DNA from: Bacteroidales bacterium
GTDB taxonomy: Bacteria > Bacteroidota > Bacteroidia > Bacteroidales > VadinHA17
Assembly: GCA_015486185.1 (NCBI GenBank)
Contig: WFSC01000449.1
Location: forward strand, 1-45,447
Length of the DNA stretch: 45,447 nt
Direction of reading: 5' to 3'
The notes under the pieces were generated by a model. That model searched no databases, was not told the DNA's origin, and was given only the letters and a program-made list of their open reading frames with translations. Positions 1 to 8,037 of this stretch are shown in pieces. The stretch's first letter is position 1, and each line of letters starts with the position of its first letter. A program made the translations under genes and the position numbers.

Positions 1-385
1 GTGAATGTATATCTATCAGTTTACTCCCCAACCGTTGTAACACTGGCAGATTCACGGGTGTATCATTTATAAATGCCCTCGATCTTCCGGCAGGCGTCAT
101 TTCCCTGCGAACCGTAGTAAGACTTTCATGATCCAGATCATATTCCCTGAAAAAATCCTCCAGTTGATATCTGCGAATATCAAAAGTCGCCTCAACAATA
201 CATTTCTTTTCCTTGTCCATCAACACGGAGGTGTCAGCCCTTTTCCCCGTGATCAGATCAAGGGCACCAAGAATAATAGATTTCCCTGCGCCTGTTTCTC
301 CTGAGATAATAGTCAGTCCCGGGCCAAAATCCATTTCCAGCTCATCAATCAATGCATAGTTCCGGATCAGCAATGACTTTAACAT
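1..385 (-). CDS. recN: DNA repair protein RecN, N-terminal part only (gene runs off the window start)
   Basis: Reverse-strand ATG at 385 gives MLKSLLIRNYALIDELEMDFGPGLTIISGETGAGKSIILGALDLITGKRAD..., with the RecN/SMC-type Walker A GETGAGKS. Not in the ORF track because it is truncated. Confidence 0.85.
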   Translation of the reverse strand, partial: MLKSLLIRNYALIDELEMDFGPGLTIISGETGAGKSIILGALDLITGKRADTSVLMDKEKKCIVEATFDIRRYQLEDFFREYDLDHESLTTVRREMTPAGRSRAFINDTPVNLPVLQRLGSKLIDIHS

Positions 386-443
386 ATTCTTTTCAGGAAT
401 TTAGGGAAGGTAAAACTACTGAAAATAATCCAGAGTAAAAAGA

Positions 444-1391
444 TTATTGTCCTTTCAGCATTTTGTCGTACTTCTGCGAATTTGCCGGGTCAATTTCTTT
501 CATAATTACGGCAACACGTGTTTTTTCATCAGGGAAAGATTTGGAAAAAATATTGACAATCTCATCTCTCTTCGCATCCAGTACCATGGTCAGGAACAAC
601 ATATAAGGATCAGGTTTTGCACGATATACTTTCTGCAATAATTTGAGGCTGTTGGCAATTTCTGCACGCCCGGTATTTAATTCGCTCTCCATGACATCCA
701 GTCCCAAACGATGATAACGGTAAATGAACTCCCTTACCGGAGCATATTTGCTGTCCAGAATATTCTGGATCAACCAGTACCGGTTTTTATTCCTGGATCC
801 TGAAAAGGGTTTCCATCCGGGTTCCACCGCATTTTGTGCATTATTGACTATTTGTTCCGCTTTCTGAAAATAAGGAGTTCCTCCGTCAAGAGAAAAAGAA
901 TCATAGTCAAGTCCGATAATAATATAGGCATAATAGGCCAATACGGACGTAAGATTGGAAAGAAAAGCTGATTCGTTGAATTCCAGCGGCTGATATTCCA
1001 CATAAGTAAACTGGAAGTCATTGTCAACGAAATTGAACATCGTGGTATTATAGGTAGTATTATATACCGGCCTTCTGGATTGTATCTGTATGGTTCCCTT
1101 AAATTGATCGGAAGATATCTGTTCCGTAAGGTTGATCAACATGGTGCATTCGATACGTTCATTTACGTCAAACACATTATTGGTCCACACCGTATTGTTC
1201 ATAAACTCATAGACAGCCTGTTGCAGGGTTTTGAATTTCTCCTGGTACGATCCCTGTATTTTCTGGGCTGAAATAGATATATTACAATGAAGTTCCTGAG
1301 CGGTTACCTTTACAGGCAGCAGGAAGATTAAAGCCACCAGAATAAGAAGCGGCCAACGTCTTTTTCTTCTGGATAATCTGTCACTCATCAA
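444..1391 (-). CDS. DUF4835-family secreted protein (named PorD/T9SS-associated in some annotations, as I recall)
   Basis: 315 aa with an N-terminal signal peptide (RRKRRWPLLILVALIFLLPVKVTAQE). It sits in the conserved Bacteroidota position between recN and coaBC, and its ATG overlaps the coaBC stop (ATGA). Confidence 0.7.
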   Translation of the reverse strand: MMSDRLSRRKRRWPLLILVALIFLLPVKVTAQELHCNISISAQKIQGSYQEKFKTLQQAVYEFMNNTVWTNNVFDVNERIECTMLINLTEQISSDQFKGTIQIQSRRPVYNTTYNTTMFNFVDNDFQFTYVEYQPLEFNESAFLSNLTSVLAYYAYIIIGLDYDSFSLDGGTPYFQKAEQIVNNAQNAVEPGWKPFSGSRNKNRYWLIQNILDSKYAPVREFIYRYHRLGLDVMESELNTGRAEIANSLKLLQKVYRAKPDPYMLFLTMVLDAKRDEIVNIFSKSFPDEKTRVAVIMKEIDPANSQKYDKMLKGQ

Positions 1392-2596
1392 AATTGTTGC
1401 TTAATAAAATTCAGAATATCCTGTGCCACCTCTGTTTTGGCTTTTAGCGGATATTCCTTCCTGTTGCCGGATTTATCAATGATCGTAACCTTATTGGTAT
1501 CATATCCAAAACCGGCTCCCTCATCCCTGAGCGAATTAAGGACGATAAAATCAAGGTTTTTCTTTTTTATTTTGATCAGGGCATTTTCAAGTTCATTCTC
1601 TGACTCGAGGGCAAATCCGATAAGCATTTGTTTTTTGGTTTTTCTTTTACCCAGCTCGGCAGCAATATCTTTTGTCGGCCTGAGATGTAGTACCAACTCT
1701 TTCTTTTCTCTTTTTATTTTCCGATCCGATTTTTCCACCGGGGTAAAGTCAGACACGGCCGCCGCCAGAATAGCGACATCACTCTCCGGAAACACCTGAG
1801 TGGCTGCCCGGTACATTTCTTCAGCAGAGACCACCCGGATCACTTTTATCTTATTCGGGATAGAAATATCGTTCCCCGGCCCCAGGATAAGTGTGGCTTC
1901 AGCACCCATCTGGACAGCTTTCTCAGCCAGGGCTATTCCCATTTTCCCGGATGAATGATTGCCAATGAACCTCACCGGATCAATTGATTCATAGGTAGGA
2001 CCGGCAGTAATAAGGATCTTCTTTCCTGCCAGCTTGTTTACCTTCTTCGGATGAAGAGAAAAGAAACTCATCAGTTCCAGCACAATTTCATCAGGTTCCA
2101 TCATTCTGCCAGGACCTGAAAGTCCACTGGCCAACACTCCTTCCGGAGATTCAAGAATATAAACATTTCTTTTCCGCAAAATATCCAGATTCTCCTGCGT
2201 TGCAATATGATCGTACATATCCACATCCATAGCAGGAGCGATCATCACCGGTGAACGGGCCGACAGATAAGTGGTCAGCAACAGGTTATCGGCTATCCCC
2301 CGGGCCATTTTTGCAATGGTATTGGCCGAAGCAGGAGCAATCAGAAAAATATCAGCCCACAAACCAAGATCAATATGACTGTACCATTTGCCTGACTGCG
2401 GATTGAAAGGATCGCTGTAAATACGATTCCGGGAAAGTACCGAAAGAGTAAGGGGAGTAATGAAGTCCTTTGAGGAAGGTGTCATGATGACTTTTACATC
2501 CGCCCGCTCTTTTCTTAACAGGCGTATCAGGTAGGCCGTTTTATAGGCAGCTATACTTCCCGTAACACCCAATAGTATTTTCTTTCCCTTTAGCAT
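1388..2596 (-). CDS. coaBC: Bifunctional phosphopantothenoylcysteine decarboxylase / phosphopantothenate-cysteine ligase
   Basis: 402 aa. N-terminal flavoprotein motif KKILLGVTGSIAAYK, C-terminal CoaB domain (ITAGPTYESIDPVRFIGNHSSGKMG). Confidence 0.93.
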   Translation of the reverse strand: MLKGKKILLGVTGSIAAYKTAYLIRLLRKERADVKVIMTPSSKDFITPLTLSVLSRNRIYSDPFNPQSGKWYSHIDLGLWADIFLIAPASANTIAKMARGIADNLLLTTYLSARSPVMIAPAMDVDMYDHIATQENLDILRKRNVYILESPEGVLASGLSGPGRMMEPDEIVLELMSFFSLHPKKVNKLAGKKILITAGPTYESIDPVRFIGNHSSGKMGIALAEKAVQMGAEATLILGPGNDISIPNKIKVIRVVSAEEMYRAATQVFPESDVAILAAAVSDFTPVEKSDRKIKREKKELVLHLRPTKDIAAELGKRKTKKQMLIGFALESENELENALIKIKKKNLDFIVLNSLRDEGAGFGYDTNKVTIIDKSGNRKEYPLKAKTEVAQDILNFIKQQF

Positions 2597-2604
2597 AAGT
2601 TCAT

Positions 2605-2943
2605 TTATGATTGTGACTCAACAGGAGTCTCCTCAGCAAACCTATAATATATCTTTCCTTCCTTAAACTCCTCAAGGGCTATAGATGTAGGTTTGGGAAG
2701 CCGTTCATAAAATTTGGAAATTTCTATCTGTTCCTTATTTTCCATCACCTCTTCCAGATTATCCGTATAATATGAAAATTCTTCCAGTTTCTTGTTCAGT
2801 TCCTGCTTTAGATCCAAAGCAATCTGATTGGCCCTGCGTGAACAAATAACCACCGTTTCGTAAATATTTCCCGTTTCCTGGTCCAGCTTGTCAATGTCCT
2901 GGGTTACCGTAGTTACCGGTGCTTTAATTCGTTTGTAATCCAT
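2605..2943 (-). CDS. rpoZ: DNA-directed RNA polymerase omega subunit (Bacteroidota long form)
   Basis: 112 aa. NIYETVVICSRRANQI resembles the omega core helix, and the position between bamD and coaBC is conserved. Confidence 0.7.
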   Translation of the reverse strand: MDYKRIKAPVTTVTQDIDKLDQETGNIYETVVICSRRANQIALDLKQELNKKLEEFSYYTDNLEEVMENKEQIEISKFYERLPKPTSIALEEFKEGKIYYRFAEETPVESQS

Positions 2944-2964
2944 TTTATTTTGATTTTATGTTTT

Positions 2965-3774
2965 CTATTTCAGACTTAAATAATTGTTGCAGCTATTATA
3001 GATCTTTTTTGCCTCCTTAATATAATGGCTTTTAGGAAATTCATCGATAAATGAATAGTAATCATCCACGGTTTCCTGAAATCTTTCCGGCTGTTTTGAC
3101 CTGACACTGTTCAAGGCATACATATATTTTGATTTCAATCTCAAAAACATAAGTTCTTCGCGGTATTTGGTGTCCGGATAATCTTCCAGACTGTTCCCGA
3201 TAGCAACAACTGCCGCTTTATAATCTTCCAGTCTGTAATACAATTTTGCACTTAAGTAAGACTTCTCTGCCAGTTTTTCCTGTAACTCTTTTGAAAGCTT
3301 GTCACATTGTTCATTGTATTTGCTGTTCGGAAATTTAGTCTTATGCAGGGCAAAGGCATTCAATGCGTTATAGGTATTGGTCTGATCCAGTTCGGGACGG
3401 GGAGACAACTTATAATAACAATACCCCATCAGAAAATCCGCATCATCCGCATGATCACTGGTAAGATATGTTCTGACAAACGTTTCGAAATAATGGCCTG
3501 CCATCACATAATCACCCATCTCATAATAACATTTTGCATGCAGATAATCCAGCTCTTCCGACTTGTTCGTTCCACGGTAATGAGGAAGGATCTTTTCGAT
3601 AAGACTGGCTGCCTGGGTATATTTCCCCTTGGCATAAAACTCTTTTGCTTTTTTATAGATCAACTCATTATCCTGGCTTTTCATAAGCTTATCATACTCT
3701 CCACAGGATGATAAAACCAGAATAAGGCTGATGATAAAAAAGGAAAAGTAGATTTTGTTATTTCGTACAACCAT
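2965..3774 (-). CDS. bamD: Outer membrane protein assembly factor BamD (TPR lipoprotein)
   Basis: Lipobox LVLSSC follows a signal peptide when started at MVVRNNK (3774). TPR-like repeats run throughout. The track start at 3810 is a TTG extension. Confidence 0.8.
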   Translation of the reverse strand: MVVRNNKIYFSFFIISLILVLSSCGEYDKLMKSQDNELIYKKAKEFYAKGKYTQAASLIEKILPHYRGTNKSEELDYLHAKCYYEMGDYVMAGHYFETFVRTYLTSDHADDADFLMGYCYYKLSPRPELDQTNTYNALNAFALHKTKFPNSKYNEQCDKLSKELQEKLAEKSYLSAKLYYRLEDYKAAVVAIGNSLEDYPDTKYREELMFLRLKSKYMYALNSVRSKQPERFQETVDDYYSFIDEFPKSHYIKEAKKIYNSCNNYLSLK

Positions 3775-3926
3775 ATTTCCCGTTGTCGTTTTTAGCCCTG
3801 TTGCTCCCAAGAGATAATCTGAAAAAATAAACGTGCAAAATTAATGAATATTTTTTAACTGACATCTTTTAATCGCAAATAACGTACCAAAAGATTTTTT
3901 CTTTTTTATCTGAAAAATAAAAAGAT

Positions 3927-3934
3927 TACATTTG
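3927..3934 (+). promoter_or_regulatory. Candidate Bacteroidota -7 box (TACATTTG) for the alpha-oxoamine synthase gene
   Basis: Exact match to TAnnTTTG about 32 nt upstream of the GTG start at 3966. I saw no clear -33 TTTG. Confidence 0.4.
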
Positions 3935-3965
3935 CGGAAATTTAAAACCAACAAAATCTACTGAC

Positions 3966-5216
3966 GTGGACTTATTTGACAAACTGATCATTGACAACAC
4001 TTCTCTCGGGAAATATCATGAGATAGCTGACGGATACATGATGTTTCCCAAGCTCGAAGGAGAGATTAAACCCTGGATGAAATTCAGGGGCAAAGAAGTG
4101 CTTACATGGAGTCTGAATAATTATATCGGGCTGGCCAATCATCCTGAAATACGTAAAGTGGATGCAGAAGCTGCCAAAGAATGGGGATTGGCCTATCCCA
4201 TGGGAGCCAGAATGATGTCCGGCCATACTTCCCTGCATGAAGAACTGGAAGAAAAACTGGCTTCGTTCGTACATAAGGAAAGTGCTTATCTTCTGAATTA
4301 CGGTTATCAGGGAATGTTATCCATCATAGACAGCCTTGTTGACCGGAAAGACGTTATTGTTTATGATTCCGAATCCCATGCCTGTATCCTTGACGGACTA
4401 CGTCTGCATATGGGAAAACGTTTTGTTTTCCAGCACAATGACATGGATAATCTGGAAAGACAACTAAGACGCGCCACGCGTCTTTCCAAAATAACCGGCG
4501 GAGGGATCCTCGTTATCACCGAAGGTGTTTTCGGTATGGCCGGAGACTTGGGTCATGTGCACGAAATCACTAAATTTAAAAAAGATTTTAATTTCCGTCT
4601 TCTTGTTGACGATGCGCATGGCTTCGGTACCATGGGTCCGGAAGGAGCCGGAACGGGCACCCACTACGGTGTGCAGGATGATATAGATGTTTATTTTGCC
4701 ACTTTTGCAAAAGCTATGGCAGGTATTGGCGGTTTTGTAGCCGGAAAAAAAGCGGTGATCGAATACCTGCGGTTCAATATGCGATCACAGATTTTCGCAA
4801 AATCATTGCCTATGCCCATGGTTGCAGGCGTCTTGAAGAGACTGGAGCTGTTACAGACACTTCCCGAACTCAGAAAAAACCTGTGGAAAATCGTTCATCT
4901 CCTGCAGGACGGACTGAAAAAAAACGGTTTGAACACAGGTCATACAGAATCCCCTGTGACTCCGGTATTTCTTGAGGGCACCCCTATCGAGGCCGCCAAT
5001 CTGATCGTGGACCTGCGTGAGAATCACAGCATTTTCTGTTCCATGGTCGTTTATCCCGTGGTACCCAAAGGAACCATTATGCTGCGGCTTATACCTACTG
5101 CCGTACATACCCCCGAGGACGTGGATCTTACACTAAAAGCCTTTATTGCTATAAAAGATAAACTGGACGGGAAAAAATACAGTACCGACAAGATTGATTA
5201 TAATCCGCAAAATTAA
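3966..5216 (+). CDS. PLP-dependent alpha-oxoamine synthase (BioF/KBL/serine-palmitoyltransferase family); possibly sphingolipid or sulfonolipid head-group condensation
   Basis: 416 aa with a GTG start. Family signature runs NNYIGLANHPEIRKVDAEAAKEWG...GARMMSGHT...DDAHGFG...TFAKAMAGIGG, where the K in TFAKA is the predicted PLP lysine. Confidence 0.85.
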   Translation: MDLFDKLIIDNTSLGKYHEIADGYMMFPKLEGEIKPWMKFRGKEVLTWSLNNYIGLANHPEIRKVDAEAAKEWGLAYPMGARMMSGHTSLHEELEEKLASFVHKESAYLLNYGYQGMLSIIDSLVDRKDVIVYDSESHACILDGLRLHMGKRFVFQHNDMDNLERQLRRATRLSKITGGGILVITEGVFGMAGDLGHVHEITKFKKDFNFRLLVDDAHGFGTMGPEGAGTGTHYGVQDDIDVYFATFAKAMAGIGGFVAGKKAVIEYLRFNMRSQIFAKSLPMPMVAGVLKRLELLQTLPELRKNLWKIVHLLQDGLKKNGLNTGHTESPVTPVFLEGTPIEAANLIVDLRENHSIFCSMVVYPVVPKGTIMLRLIPTAVHTPEDVDLTLKAFIAIKDKLDGKKYSTDKIDYNPQN

Positions 5217-5225
5217 TAATCATGT

Positions 5226-6242
5226 TTATTTTGTCTGGGTATATTTCTCGGCCCAGTATCGTTCGGCTTCGATAGCAGCCATACATCCGGTACCTGCTGC
5301 CGTAACAGCCTGTCTGAACACCCTGTCCTGAACATCCCCACAGGCAAAAACCCCTTCAACATTTGTCCGTGCAGTGCCGGGAACAGTTTTAATATATCCG
5401 ATATCATCCGTTTCAATATATTCCTGAAAGATATCCGAGTTGGGTTTATGGCCAATGGCAAGGAAGAAACCGTCTATTTTGATCTTTACCTCTTTTTCCT
5501 CCGGCGTTCCTTTCTTTTTGATCAGTACGGCACCTTCCACTACTCCTTCTCCAAACAAATCCTTTGTATTATGTTCAAAAAGTATTTCAATATTTGGTGT
5601 ATTCATCACCCGGTGCTGCATAATCTTTGAAGCACGCAGGTGCGGTTTTCTCACGATCATATATACTTTCCTGGCCAGGCCTGCCAGATAAAGAGCTTCT
5701 TCGCAGGCGGTATCTCCTCCTCCCACAACGGCAACATCTTTTCCTTTATAAAAGAAACCGTCGCAGGTAGCACAGGCGGAAACACCACTGCCAGCATACT
5801 TCTTTTCGGCCTCGATACCGAGGTATTTGGCCGAAGCCCCCGTGGCAATAATGACCGTATCAGCTTCAATGACCTTCTTATCATCGATGGTCACCTTATG
5901 GGGCAGTCCGGAAAAATCCACAGCCGTGGCCGATCCCCACCGGATATCCGTACCAAAACGTTCGGCCTGTTTTTTCAAATCTTCCATTAAAGCAGGCCCA
6001 CTGATCCCCTCGGGATAACCCGGAAAATTTTCCACATCCGTAGTAATGGTCAGTTGTCCGCCGGGTTCCATACCCTGATAGACGACAGGCTTCATATTAG
6101 CCCGTGCAGCATAAATAGCAGCAGTATAACCGGCAGGACCGGAACCGATAATAAGACATCTCACATGTTCACGTTCTTCAGTCTGATTTTTCTTTTCTTC
6201 CGGTTTATCATCCAGATTGTCCATCGTTTTGAATAAATTCAT
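5226..6242 (-). CDS. trxB: Thioredoxin-disulfide reductase
   Basis: 338 aa. FAD motif IIGSGPAGYTAAIYAAR, redox-active CATCDG, NADPH motif VVGGGDTACEEA. Confidence 0.93.
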   Translation of the reverse strand: MNLFKTMDNLDDKPEEKKNQTEEREHVRCLIIGSGPAGYTAAIYAARANMKPVVYQGMEPGGQLTITTDVENFPGYPEGISGPALMEDLKKQAERFGTDIRWGSATAVDFSGLPHKVTIDDKKVIEADTVIIATGASAKYLGIEAEKKYAGSGVSACATCDGFFYKGKDVAVVGGGDTACEEALYLAGLARKVYMIVRKPHLRASKIMQHRVMNTPNIEILFEHNTKDLFGEGVVEGAVLIKKKGTPEEKEVKIKIDGFFLAIGHKPNSDIFQEYIETDDIGYIKTVPGTARTNVEGVFACGDVQDRVFRQAVTAAGTGCMAAIEAERYWAEKYTQTK

Positions 6243-6366
6243 AATCTTGGTTTTTATAGTGTTTCAAATTTTAGAACATCATCTTTGCCGTAAAAATACG
6301 ATCATTTTATAAATTAACTGACGCAGTGTTTACAATATTCATACCATTTTTTTACTCTCTGAAACT

Positions 6367-6397
6367 TTTGCAGATTCGAAAGGGTTGATTATTTTTG
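6367..6397 (+). promoter_or_regulatory. Bacteroidota sigma-A type promoter for tRNA-Pro
   Basis: TTTG at 6367-6370, a 19-nt spacer, then TATTTTTG (TAnnTTTG) at 6390-6397. It lies about 48 nt upstream of the tRNA 5' end. Confidence 0.55.
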
Positions 6398-6445
6398 CAG
6401 TCGCAATGGTTGTTAAAACCTGACAGTTTTCAGCCAATATTGCAA

Positions 6446-6519
6446 CGGGATGTAGCTCAGTCAGGTAGAGTACACGTCTGGGGGGCGTGGGGTCGCGAGT
6501 TCAAGTCTCGCCATCCCGA
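6446..6519 (+). tRNA. tRNA-Pro (anticodon GGG)
   Basis: Hand-folded cloverleaf: acceptor CGGGATG/CATCCCG, D arm GCTC-AGTCAGGTA-GAGT, anticodon stem CACGT/GCGTG with loop CTGGGGG (U33, GGG, G37), T arm GCGAG-TTCAAGT-CTCGC, discriminator A. No encoded CCA. Confidence 0.9.
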
Positions 6520-6546
6520 CTAAGATAGAATATTTATTTGGATTTC

Positions 6547-6572
6547 AGCACGTTACCTTTTCGTGCTTTTGT
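6547..6572 (+). terminator. Intrinsic terminator after tRNA-Pro
   Basis: AGCACG-ttacctttt-CGTGCT hairpin followed by TTTTG. Confidence 0.55.
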
Positions 6573-6647
6573 GCAGTAATTCTGCGATCTCTGTGTGAAG
6601 ACTATTCAATATCTTTTTATGATACTGTTATCTTTTTACCGGTCTAT

Positions 6648-7031
6648 CTATTTAAACAGGTCTTCGTCCCGTATTAAAAGTAAGATGGCAGACTGTGGAA
6701 CGATCACATATTTTTCCTTGTTAAATTCTATCTCAAAGGCACTGTTCTGCAGATACACAGCCAGGTCTCCTTCTTTTGGCTGCAGCGGTACATATTTTAC
6801 CTTATCCTGTTTGTCCTTCCAGGGTTCATCCTCATCCACAATGGCCGGAATAGGATAACCCGGGCCCACCTTCAAAACATACCCACTATATATCTTTTCT
6901 TTCTCCTGCACGCCGGGTGGCAGATACAGTCCCGAGCGGGTCATGGTCTCCTCCGACTTGGGTTTGATCAAAACCCGGTCCCCCACCACAATAAACTTTT
7001 TCAGATCCTTTTCTTCAATATTCAGATACAT
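6648..7031 (-). CDS. GroES/Cpn10-like co-chaperone family protein (non-canonical, with an insertion)
   Basis: VVGDRVLIKPKSEE..TRSGLYLP...GYVLKVGPG...EGDLAVY follows the Cpn10 strand pattern. The likely start is MYLNIEEKD at 7031, and the track start at 7073 is an extension. Confidence 0.65.
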   Translation of the reverse strand: MYLNIEEKDLKKFIVVGDRVLIKPKSEETMTRSGLYLPPGVQEKEKIYSGYVLKVGPGYPIPAIVDEDEPWKDKQDKVKYVPLQPKEGDLAVYLQNSAFEIEFNKEKYVIVPQSAILLLIRDEDLFK

Positions 7032-7136
7032 GCTACATATTATTTCTATAAAAATATATCCGAATGTAATCAATCTTTGTTAACAAATATCATTCCTTTA
7101 CAAAAAATCATTACATTTATTCAAAACTACAGGCAG

Positions 7137-7886
7137 ATGGAGATCCATTTCATACTTTCCAAACCGGCTGTGGAAGAGAACATCGGTGCTGCAGCCAGGG
7201 CCATCAAAACGATGGGATTCACCTCTCTGCGCCTGATCTCCCCTGCCAGCCACCTCAGCATGAACGCACGCAAGCTGGCACATGGATCAACAGATATACT
7301 TGAAAAGGCACAGGTATTTGACAATACCACTGATGCCCTGGCAGGATTGGACCTGATCATTGGCACTACTGCCAAAAAACGGAATATCCGACAGGAATAC
7401 ATCCCGGCCCATGAATTATCTGCTTTTATTAAGCAAAAATCTAACACGATCGGATCAGTGGGCATCCTTTTCGGCGGAGAGGAATCCGGGCTTTCCAATG
7501 CAGAGATCGGCATGTGTGACATCTTGTCATATATACCGATCGCTGCCCCCTTCCCCTCCCTCAACCTGGCGCAGGCTGTCATGGTCTATGCGTACGAGCT
7601 GACCAGCCTGTCCAAAAGGGAAACAATCTCCCCGGAAGAGACCGACCCCCAAACCTACAGCATCCTTAAAGAAAAAGTACAAATCCTGCTGCCTCTCCTT
7701 GGCCTCCATAAGGCACGGCCGGTTTATCAACGCATCATGGAGCGCATTGCCCTGGCCGGCAAAACAGATATACACCTGTTGCTGTCGGCAGTGGAGCCGG
7801 CTATCAGGGAACTGGAAAAGGAGAGACAAAGAGACAAAGAGACGGAGAGACTAAGTGACGGAGGGAAAAAGAGAGAGGAACGATGA
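7137..7886 (+). CDS. SpoU/TrmH-class RNA 2'-O-methyltransferase, TrmJ/LasT-like
   Basis: MEIHFILSKPAVEENIGAAARAIKTMGF...ILFGGEESGLSNAE...PSLNLAQAVMVYAYEL matches TrmJ motifs. The last ~25 aa (ELEKERQRDKETERLSDGGKKREER) are encoded by a GA-rich repeat. The track start at 7077 is an upstream extension. Confidence 0.8.
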   Translation: MEIHFILSKPAVEENIGAAARAIKTMGFTSLRLISPASHLSMNARKLAHGSTDILEKAQVFDNTTDALAGLDLIIGTTAKKRNIRQEYIPAHELSAFIKQKSNTIGSVGILFGGEESGLSNAEIGMCDILSYIPIAAPFPSLNLAQAVMVYAYELTSLSKRETISPEETDPQTYSILKEKVQILLPLLGLHKARPVYQRIMERIALAGKTDIHLLLSAVEPAIRELEKERQRDKETERLSDGGKKREER

Positions 7887-7943
7887 CCGGTGATCGGCGA
7901 TCGTTGAATGATGCGAAATAATGGAAGGGTTTAGAGGAAAGTA

Positions 7944-7987
7944 GAGACAACCGATCGGTTGTCTCGAGACAATCGATCGATTGTCTC
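7944..7987. repeat. Two abutting 22-bp perfect palindromes (REP-like double hairpin) between convergent genes
   Basis: GAGACAACCGATCGGTTGTCTC (7944-7965) is directly followed by GAGACAATCGATCGATTGTCTC (7966-7987). They differ only by a compensatory C/G to T/A pair. Confidence 0.9.
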
Positions 7988-8037
7988 CCGAAGGGACACA
8001 AGCATCAGCATAAGGGCAAAGCAAAGTTTCCTGTCTC

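Noticed and set aside
6520-6647. Possible genomic-island or integration site downstream of tRNA-Pro.
   Set aside because: There is no integrase, I noticed no direct repeat of the tRNA 3' end, and the flanking genes are ordinary housekeeping genes. The region contains only a terminator hairpin.
7077-7136. Upstream extensions of ORF-track starts: 7077 for the TrmJ-like gene, 16943 for yaaA, 44757 for M14, 7073 for the GroES-like gene, 3810 for bamD, 23297 for rseC.
   Set aside because: In each case an internal ATG yields the canonical family N-terminus or a proper signal peptide. The extension adds non-conserved residues or begins at a non-ATG codon.
7804-8001. A 65-aa minus-strand ORF covering the palindromes and the GA-rich repeat.
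   Set aside because: It is composed of repeat-derived low-complexity sequence (S/L/P/F-rich) and overlaps the well-supported 3' end of the TrmJ-like gene. It is most likely an artefact of the repeat.
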